Source: Geosiphon pyriformis uo1
Taxonomy: Eukaryota; Fungi; Glomeromycota
Length of the DNA stretch: 64,000 nucleotides
Assembly (NCBI GenBank): GCA_016748015.1
Contig: JAAOMT010000531.1
Span: 464,782-528,781, forward strand
Direction: 5' to 3'
Shown here: positions 53,886-64,000 of the stretch, in pieces
Numbering within the stretch: position 1 is the first letter of the stretch
Layout of the letters: every line of letters begins with the position of its first letter
Notes under the pieces: model-generated
Seen by the model: the letters and a program-made list of their open reading frames with translations, nothing else
What the model was told of the DNA's origin: nothing
Database searches by the model: none
Translations under genes and position numbers: made by a program

Positions 53886-54354
53886 TTATTTTTAATTTAA
53901 TTTAAAAAAAAACTAAAAGCAACCAAAATTTAAATTCAATATAAACAAATATAAAAGTAATAATAATATATATAAAAATATATCAAAAGTATTAAAAATT
54001 TAATAAAAATGATTAAAAACAATTTTTTAATATTAATTAATATTGAAATTTTTAAAATTTAAATTATTATTGTGTTATATTTTATTTGAATTAATTTTTT
54101 AAATAATATTTTTTAAAATAAATTTTATTTCAAAAATAAATTTTATATTTCCAAAATTTTATATTGATATGAGCAGTTAATCAATTATAATTGGTTGTAT
54201 TAAAATTGGGATGCACAGAATAATGAGATGCAATTCTACAAGAAGTAATGGAAAAATATATGCATAAACACATTCATAATTAATAAGTGTACTTAAGTAG
54301 AATAGAAGCTTTGGATATCTTCGTTTTATAAGATAGATAATTATTTAATAATGT

Positions 54355-54475
54355 AAATTCAGATGGTTGGTTATGTGTTAAAAATACATTATTCACATTT
54401 ATAGTAACTTTATGTGACTAGAATAAATAATAAAAAAACCATACTTTGTTAAAGTAAAAAAAAAAAAAAAAAAAA
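54355..54475 (+). mobile_element. Mutated LINE 3'-end fragment with poly-A
   Basis: TCAGATGGTTGGTTATGTG is a transition-mutated TCAGGTGGCTGGTCACGTG, followed ~80 bp later by an A-run of about 19 nt. Confidence 0.45.
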
Positions 54476-57400
54476 GTTTTAAACAATATAATATAAAATT
54501 TTTTTACATTAATTTTTTGTTACAATTTTTTATATATTTTAATATAATTTCAAAAAATTGTATTTCATTCTAAACTTTGTAAGAAATATTTTTCAACATT
54601 ATTAAAGAAATTTTAAAGTTTTTTATAAATTTATAATCAAAAAACATACAACTACTAATATAAACCCTGTTAAATAAGTGATTTAGAAGAAATTTTATGA
54701 GAATAATAATTTGCTTAAATACGTTTAAAAAGTTTTTGTGAAAAGCGCCGAATATTTTATTATTATTTTATCTCTTTCTTTTATTATTTTTATTTTTTAC
54801 AATAATAAAAATACTTTAATTGCTAATTATGTAAAAACCAAAATAAGTTTTTAAGGAAATCTTATGACTGATTATAATACTTTCTACTAATCAAACAATT
54901 TTTTTTGTTAAGAACTTGAAATTTTGAAGATAGTAAATTATTTTTAATTTGAGACTTTAAATGTTAAAAAGTATAAATTTATAATTCATTAGACCCAATA
55001 CTTATGATGTAGAAAATTTAGGCAAAAATTCTATCGATTGTTTTAATTTATTATTTTAAATAATATCTAAGTAATAGTATTTTTTAATGTATAAACAATA
55101 TATTTTAAATAAATAGTAAGAAAAAACAATACAACATTTCCTTTTATTTCAGAACTCATAAGACCTTTTCAGTTAAAAAAAAACGATACATTGCAATCAT
55201 TTTTTATTGAATCAAATTTTTTTGTTATGACAAATTTAAGCTTTTAAGAAACAAGTTATTCAATAATCCAAGTGGTGTCGAGTCATTTGATCAATGAGTA
55301 TTTTGATATCAGTCATGCGAAGGCACATTTGCTAACTAAATAGGAATTTAAAATTTCACCCTATTAAGTGGTCTGATGTGTAAAAATTACACTGCACATA
55401 ATTTTTACTGAATTAGCACAGGGACTATTTCAGAAAACTTTCTCATAATAATATATAATATTGCTCTTATTTTGCTTGAAAAACTTTAATTTGAAAGATA
55501 TAATTTTTCAAAGTTAGAAGATAGAAATAATAAGGGTTCAAATCGTTTACGTTCATTAATATTTTGGATATTTTAAAGGTGTCTTGAAGAATTCTCATAT
55601 CATGTCTTGAATAATTTTGCCTAAATGACTATTAACTTTCAATTTCAAGAGTCTTCTATTATAAAGTTTTTTAAAAAATTGCTAATTTCGAAAAATTAAG
55701 TTTAAAATTCATAACTTTTTAACAATTTCATACTTTATCCTTGGAAAATTAAAGAAAGTAATTATTTTATATTATAAGACAATGAAAGTTTTATTTTATT
55801 ATAATCGTTCTGTTTCACTAGTTGAAGCTTATAAATGTTAGAAATAAAATATCTGTTTTTGAAATTTATATAATATTTTCGCTATAGTATATTAATGTCA
55901 GCAGACTTAATGCTTAGGATTAGTCATTAGGTAAATATTGTCAATTTTTTATTTTGGTACTTCTTCCTGTTTATTTAATTTATATTAATATCCTTTTAGT
56001 AAGTTACACAATAATTTCTATCAGGGAAGCTGGGGGTTCCAACCTTTCCAGTTTTCCATCATAAATTTTTAGAAGTAATTATTTTGAGATATTATCTTCT
56101 AGTCCTAAAAAAGTTGGATTATGAAAGTTATTAGAGAATGATCGCCAGAGACCCGATTTGAAAATCTTGACAGATTTCAGTCAATAATTCAGGATGGTTT
56201 ACTTTGATAAAAAAAAAAAAGAAAGTAAATTTATTACAAGTTAATCACCCATATATAATATAATTCACTTTATTAAAGACTATTTCAAATTTGAACCATT
56301 AATTTATGATTGGTTGGACTTTTAAGAGATTAATTATATTTTTTAGATGGAATTTAATAAACTTCATAGCTTAATAACAAAAAACTTTATTTAGCTTGCC
56401 TCTTATTGGTTTAAAGGAGTTAAGATAATAAATGAAAAAAAATTGTTTCAACTGCAAATCTTAATGACTTAAATTTGTCAGGATGATATTCTATTATTGG
56501 TCCCGATTTAGAGTTTTTTTTATCATGAAAACTGAATCGATGTGAAACCAGAGATTGTCGTGGAACCAATATTATTCAGCATAATTAAAAATAACTTTTA
56601 ATTTATTTTATTACCTCATGTTCCCTGACCACAAGTTCAAGTTAAAATTAAAACTTTTAGTATATTAAATATTGAAGATATTTTAGTAGTCAAGATATTA
56701 AAAAAAAATTTTTACACCAGAGTATATTTTTTCAATTTTTAAAAGCAGATTAATCTGTTAAAATTTTCAAAATCGTCATCTTTAATTACATAAGAGAATT
56801 AATGAAAAAAATCTTAATTTATTTCGAACTTGACAATTTAATTTAGAATATTAAAAGTCTTATTGGTGGAAAATTTTGATTTAATAATTTTTTTTAAAAT
56901 GAAATCACAAAGTATTATAATCAATCTGGTCATTTTTATTAAAATATGAATTTAATTAAAAATATATATATATATATAATGTTTAACTATTTCTAAAAAA
57001 TGAAATTAAAAACAAAATTTTTTATTGGAATTATAAAATTTAATTTTATCAATCATCTTTCAGCCAGTTTAGAGATAAATACTTGATAAAAATACAATGA
57101 AACAAATGATAAGAGTATTTTTTTAAGTCTAAATTCTATTTAAATATCAAAAAAGAAGGTAAAAATTCTCGTTGAGATGAAATTTTAACAAAAAAAAAAC
57201 TAGAATTTTACACAATAAAAAAATAAATTTTTTAAAATTTAGCATTTTACAAAAATATTAATTAATAATATATACAAAAAACTGAATTGTGTAAATATTG
57301 AAAAGATTATATAATTTATTAAAGTTTTACACGAATAACCGAACCATGCGTAAAAATTAGCAAATGAAAAAAAGAGTAAAACAAAATTCAATGCTGTACA

Positions 57401-58563
57401 CTCTTAAAAAATTTAAAAGTAATTTTAGATCAAGTTTCATCTTGTGTGTATAAATCAATTTATTATTAAAAGATGCAGAATTCTTGATATCTTAATATGC
57501 GTGATTATCCCGTTGCACCAACAAACCATGATTATTAAATATTCCGCACTTGAACGCAAAAATTGTGTACACGTGCTCATCAATGCATGCAAAATTCTAA
57601 ATGCGAAGATAAATGATAAAATGACCAATTAAAGAAATTCATTTAGTAAAGAGGTATAAAATATTTTTAGATTTTGTGCTTATGGAAATTTGTATATTTG
57701 ATCTTTGATCTATCGTAAACTTTATTTCAACCACCTTTATGATAGTAAAGAGTCTTATAATAATTCTAATAATAATTATGAGGTTTTAATGAAAAATATT
57801 AAAATCTCATTTACCCAGGTTAAATTTTACAGCACTACCTTTTTTTTTTTCTATTAATTAAGAGAGAAAATTCTTCAAAGGGTTCAAACCCTTTTTTCAA
57901 CAAAACTAGATTTACTATTACCTAATCTCATCTCATGTGAACAGTTTAACTTTTAATCTTTGAAAAACCTTTTGAGCTTGATAAATCATTTTAGGTATAG
58001 TCTTTAGATTTTCGTGTAATCTTGACAATGAATGAATGAATGATTAAATGGTGATATTTATTAAGGATAGGATGAAGAATTTATATTAAAAAGATGTTGT
58101 ACTTCATTTAAGCTCAAAGTTTCTCAAGAATTTTATGAAAATTAACTTGTTTATTTAAAATAAGTAGCAATTTAATAATTGAATCCTTACATAATAAAAT
58201 AATTCAAAATCTCCTTTTTAGGCGTACAAACTTTTTTATCCACGGCTTAGACTTCGGCAAATTCCATGTCGTTTCATTATTACCTTCATTCCTATAGGGA
58301 ACTTTTATGTTTCACGTAATCATATTTTTTTATACAACACTTACTTTTTTATTTTATAAAGCTTACCAATCCTGAAATTATTTTTTTCTTGTTTTTTCTT
58401 TTTTATCACATTTAATATTACTTTACTCTTTGTATCAAAGCGCTTAGAAATTAAATATTCAATTTGAGCTTAAAATTTGACCTAGATTATATGAATTTAA
58501 CGGTTTAAGTAAACGCGTGATCAAGCGAATCTTTGGTAGAAAAATATTTTATATCATTATAAA

Positions 58564-60098
58564 ATGGGTATAGCAAAATCAAAATTTTTAAGGGTTTCAA
58601 ACTCGAGTAGATTAATTAGAAATTCAGCAAATGAAACCAATTCCAGTTCAACTGTTGAGGTTTTCAAATCAGAACCACAAGAGCCGAGTGACCAAACTAT
58701 AAATAGTAAAATCACGTCGTTTGGATTATTTTCATATGCGTTAGTTAGCCTAAATCATCTCCCTACCCAGTATGCTGTAATGGATGCATTTCAGTATCTA
58801 GAACGAGAAAAGGTTCATGATTCTGAAGGTCTCAAGTATTTTGGTCCTATTGGTAAATATAATCTTTTAGAATTTTGTCAAACACTGATCCCAAAGTTTG
58901 TTGCATTTTCTCTTCCTTTTTTATAACTATTTATCCTATAGATAGTAATGAATTAGAACGCTTGAGTTTGGTTCATCGAGTTTTTGAAAAAAGTTGGCGA
59001 GGAAATTTTTCGGCACCAGTAGAGGATATATTAAGATCTGGTGGGGCATATGTATTAGATGTTGGGTAGGTACTCAGAATTGAAAGATCTGCTTTTATTT
59101 TTAATGAATTCAAACCTCAAATTTTTCATTAAAGCTGCGGACCTGCAGCGTGGATGTTGGCAATGGCCAGGGAATATTTTGCAGCAACTTTCATTGGTAT
59201 AGATATAATAACAATATCATTGCAAGAGTTAAAACCCGAAAATGTTGGATTTCTCCCGTTTGATATTACCCATGGAATACCTTTTCCGAATGATACATTC
59301 GATTATACGTTTCAACGTTTCATCCTCATGTCTTTTGCCGAAAACTTTTGGATAACTGAAATTGGAGAAATTGTGAGGGTCACAAAACCAGAGGGTTGGA
59401 TTGAATTAATGGTGAGTTCAGATCGATCACAGAATGTTTATATTTCTTGTTAAAAAAAATTTATCATGCTTTCTGCTGCATTAATCATTCTAGGAAATCG
59501 ACGTGGAATTTTACAATATAGGGCCGATAATGAAACGTTTTCGAGATGCAAGTATGTGGATTCAAAATTTGGTTGAAATCGTGCAAAATTATGAATTCGA
59601 ATTATTATCAAATAATTAAATTATATATAATTTTCTCTTTTTTTTTTAGCGCAAACACTTTCAAAGTCAAAAGGTCTGAATGGAACTGTCACACCAAAAC
59701 TCGTTCAATTAATGCGTGAGTCACCGAATCTTATAGATTTTACTGTCAATGAAGCAAAGACATATTTCGGAAGTTGGGCTGGTAAACAAGGAAAAGATGT
59801 AATCTCGATATTCAATACTAAAAAATTCAGTCTGTTTTAATTCAATAAAATAACAATTAATTAATTAACCTAGTTTCCTTTGCCTATTTTTCAGGCCCTG
59901 AAGATCCTAGAAGATTCTTGGCGTGGTCTTGCTAGTGTTCTCTCAACTGTTATGAATATTGATGAAAAAGAATATGACCAAATGATATCTGATCTAGGGA
60001 ACGAGGCTAATAAATATAAATCCTACTATATAAGTTATCGTATGATTGCGCGAAAGATTTTAACGCCTGAGCCCGAGCTAGATCCTCGAGATTTTTAA
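58564..60098 (+). CDS. Class I SAM-dependent methyltransferase, LaeA-like, multi-exon
   Basis: YFGPID.NELERLSLVH..GNFSAP, motif I VLDVG|CGPAAW, FIGIDI, PFPNDTFDYTFQR and RVTKPEGWIELM, with GT-AG introns (e.g. 58853-58941). Confidence 0.9.
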
Positions 60099-61959
60099 AA
60101 AGATAAAAAGTTTGACCAAATTTGATTTAAATCCAAGGATTAACTTGAAAAAAATGTAACTTTATAAATTCTTACCTTTGGGTATATTCAAAAAATTTTA
60201 TTTCAATATGTATTTTTAAATTTATGTAAAAAACTTTCATTAATAATGGTTAGGGTTTAGGTTTCCAGACTTTTAGGAAGTCGTGAATAATTCTAAATAT
60301 TAAAGAAAAATTTATTTAATTTTAGCGTTAATCTTTTTCTGGGATAATCATCTTCAAGAAAAAATTATTTCTAAAAGAGTATTATCCTAAAATCAAAAAT
60401 TCATCTTTATATCTAAAGAAATTCCCACATGAAAACTTTTTTTATAACCACAAGCCGTTAATCACTTAAGACGACATTTTTAGATTTTCAACGGTTGCAG
60501 TACTTTCTCATGGGGTAAGATCAGTTATGATGTCATCTTTAATAGCCACTATTAAAAATTTATTTCAAATCAAAAACTCGACGAATATAGTCTTTATCGG
60601 AATAATATTAGAACCGAACCTTTTGTGCATATTAAATTGGAAATAAGTTTTCAAAGCTATAATTATTTATTCAATAACTAAGGACAATATTTTTTCAGAC
60701 AGCAAAAAGTTAAAATAGCATATAAATAGGGTAGAATTTTAATAAAGTAGAGCTTGGTAAAATAAGTGAAGATAAGCTAAAACAGTATGAAATATTGGTT
60801 AGTGATATTGATTATAATATATATAATCAAGTTCGGATTTAATTAACTATTAATATTTTTGTACGATAACTAAAACCCAAATTCAAATCAAATATATTAA
60901 TTTTTTTTCTATTTTATTGATAAAATCAATTCACTTAAAAATATTTAAAATAATTTAAATTCAAATTTTTTGTTTTAAAATTTTTAAGATGAATGTTATT
61001 TCATGGTTGCACCTAAAAAACAATAAATTTTGTTTGCCCAAATTAAGTCAAAATGGAGTCACTATTTAAAAAAATTTATTGAAAAAGATATAAAAGTAAT
61101 TTTGCTGTATTTTAATATACTATATATATTATAATATTATTTATTATTATATACTAAAATTATATTAAATAAAGTTTTACTAATTATTAACATGTAATCT
61201 AACATATTTATTTATCTAATTAATTAAGTGTAAACATGAATTTTATTAACATGGTTAATATTAGTTTAAAATATTCAATTGTAAACATTAATATTTATGT
61301 TTATTTTGTAAATTAAAAATAATTTTTTTTTTTTAAAACATAAAATTAAAAAAAATTCTTAAACGAGAATCAAGCTACTAGGATTTAAAATTCAGTAGGA
61401 TACAATAATAAAAAAACATTAAAAAATATAAATAAAATAGATTTGTAAATATTTATTAATTTAAAAAAATAGAAATATGAATTTTATAAAAAGGAATTAT
61501 TATTATAAATGTAATCTTAATTAATTATTAAAAATATTAAAAATATTTAAATTTAATAATATTTTATAAATAAAGAAATCAATTAAATTATAATAATTAA
61601 AATAAAGAATACTATTTATTTATTAAATAATTGAAATAAAACATAACAGCTTAATCTGTTTTCTTTTTCAAAATTTAAAATTATAAAATTTATGTTTTTC
61701 TTTAAATAAAAATATGAAAATTTTCAAATTTATAAATTTTATTATAAACTAAAAATAGTTTACAAAAAAGATTATCCTTGATAAAATATTTTAAAATTAG
61801 TAAAATTACATATATGTATAAATTAATTAAGGATAAACAAAATATATTTAAATATTATATTTATATTTATAAAAATATAGCTTTCTTTAAAAAATATTGT
61901 TTTCAAAAATTAAATATTATTAATATTTTTTTAAAGCATATCATATAATGAATTAAATA

Positions 61960-62422
61960 TAAATATAAATAATAATAGTTTTTTTGGCATAATTTTTATT
62001 GCTACTTTTGTCCTTTCTCCATTCCGACGCATTTTTCTTTTATATTTCATTGAACCAAGATGTTTTATATTATTATCATCAATTAATTCATCAACTAGGG
62101 TTACTTTATAAATTACACTGAACTCTCCTCTAACAATTTCCTTAATATTCGACAAACGCTCCCATGGGATCCATTCATAGTAATTCAATTTACCATAATA
62201 GATATTATTATTGTTATTAGGTGGAATATAGATTGGATTCTTGATCATTTCATCAACTACTTTATTGCCGCTTGAAAAGTCGTAGTAAAATCTTTTAATA
62301 AACAAAAACTGGTATGCCGCACACTCATTCCTCCTATTTTTTTGAAAACTCTTTTTACAGAATGAACACAGGTTGCAAACATGAGTCTCTGGACGAGTTC
62401 TTTTTGTTTCTTTGTTTTCTAT
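61960..62422 (-). pseudogene. TKL kinase pseudogene (exon 1 only)
   Basis: The start codon is ATA instead of ATG, CAAC has become CAAY and GGF has become GEF. The copy is truncated after VAIK, runs into AT-rich DNA and has no C-lobe. Confidence 0.88.
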
Positions 62423-64000
62423 GATGTGAATAAGATAAAATGTGAATATGTATTATTTTTTAAGGCTTTATTTGAAAGTATGTTTAGAAAGTAATTATTA
62501 AAGGGGGAGTTCATATTTATGTTGTTTCTCTATATTCTCATAGTTTGACAAATCACTTTAACCTTAAAAAATGGCATTACTACAAATCATAGTAGAATTG
62601 ATCAAAAAGGTTTAAATTTAAGGCACAAATGACGTTAAACAAGTCTTAAAATTATGTCACCTTCAATTTATTTGTAGAACTTTGCCTTCATGAAAATAAA
62701 AAGTTTCTTATTTTTAGTATCTCGATCCAATTGATTAGGATCATGCTAAATAGTATTTATTATCCATACGCTTTAAAATATTAAATTTTGAGATAATAAA
62801 TTGAGCATAAGTATAATGGTTTTATTTATTTATTTAATTTTTTCAATTTATATTATTTTTAGCTTTTTTTCATATTGATCATACAAATAATTTGCTAATC
62901 TTAAAATGTTTTCATTAAATTTCAACAATTTAATTATTTTCTCAAAAAATATAAATTGATTATAGTCATGTTGTTATCCAAATTTATCGTGATTCTAAAG
63001 GCAAGCACGTTAATTTTATTCTTGTTTACCTTTGATGTCACCAAGCCCCCCATTTTGTTTATCCACCGTAAAATTGAATTTTTCTCACCGCAATGCCAAA
63101 CTAACTAGTATTTCCATTTGCTCTTATCAATGTTATCTCGGCCTTATTGTCAATAAAGAAAAGATACAGGATATTTATCGGCCTGGTCTTCCACAAAAGC
63201 TTACCACTCACAAACGGTAAAATCGTGCAGGGGAATTATTTCGTTATAGCAGTCGAAACTTAAACACGGCTTTGAAGAAACGCATTTGGACTTCAAAACT
63301 GGCAAGCGAACTGTTCAGGACAAGCTTTCAAGGCTTAGCTACATTCCCGTTTTGCCCAAACATCTACTTACTAAAAGTTCCAAAAAAACACCGCTTCTAA
63401 TAGGTGCATGACTATCACATCTAACACTATAATATATACATTTATTAAATATAAGATATTATATATTTGAAGAAATCTATTTTATTTACTCTTTGATTAG
63501 GCTCCATTTGATTTACTTACGAACTTCATGTTTTCATAAAATAAAAAATAATTCCATTATTTAAGCTAAAATAATGCAAACAGTTACCAATTAAAATATA
63601 AATTTAATTTCAAAATACAGGTTTTAATAAAATAGCTTAAAAATGCCATACATTTTTTAAACAATGTTTAATAGATTTTATCGTTATTAAAAAATAAAAG
63701 AAATATATTTAGAAATTATCAGATCTTTGAACATAGTTGTCTGATTTTAGGTAAAATTCTAGCTTTTCGAAGGATTTATGCCCAAATATTTCATTGATTA
63801 TATGTCTAAAACGTTAAAATTCTTATTTTCACTTAATTGTATTCAAAAAAAACCTTAACATGTATGTAAATATTAATTGTTATTATGATCTTTCTAATTT
63901 TTACTCCCTTTTGTTTTGGAATCATTACGACTTAAAAATTATAATTTTAAAAATTGAATTATTTATTTGAAATATATCAAGTAAAAATAAGTAGCTTTTA

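Noticed and set aside
60248-60265. TTAGGGTTTAGG telomere-like motif
   Set aside because: Only about two imperfect units, which is expected by chance.
63030-63420. GC-richer island with a short ORF and a frame ending IGA*, possibly another LINE 3' end
   Set aside because: No recognisable domain. The evidence is too weak without a search.
1-64000. CRISPR arrays, rRNA/tRNA genes, bacterial or viral insertions, intact transposases
   Set aside because: None seen. There is no regular repeat-spacer structure, no operon-like intronless genes, and all TE remnants are degenerate.

Overview
This is an AT-rich, intron-containing fungal sequence with two N gaps (5704-5877, 49417-50410). The expanded HRDLHSGNIL/DLG kinases and the repeat types point to a Glomeromycotina (arbuscular-mycorrhizal or Geosiphon-like) fungus; that assignment is inference. 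Conventional genes are an FlbC/Loz1-type C2H2 transcription factor, tubulin-folding cofactor B, a Sec7-PH Arf GEF, a LaeA-like SAM methyltransferase, an F-box protein and a small secreted Asn/Gly-repeat protein. Six members of a tyrosine-kinase-like family are dispersed across the window: one complete, two cut off by the window edge or a gap, and three pseudogenes. The four copies that retain their 5' end carry a His/Cys5 N-terminal motif and share an upstream module. Two kinase pseudogenes form a 2.2-kb imperfect palindrome. About 1.1-1.4-kb inverted repeats bracket 652-24530. The 24.7-33.4 kb block looks like featureless AT DNA, but read through its stops it contains a Ty3/gypsy-type gag-protease relic and an RNase-H-bearing LINE relic saturated with C>T/G>A transitions. 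This RIP-like mutagenesis also appears to have hit one kinase paralog.
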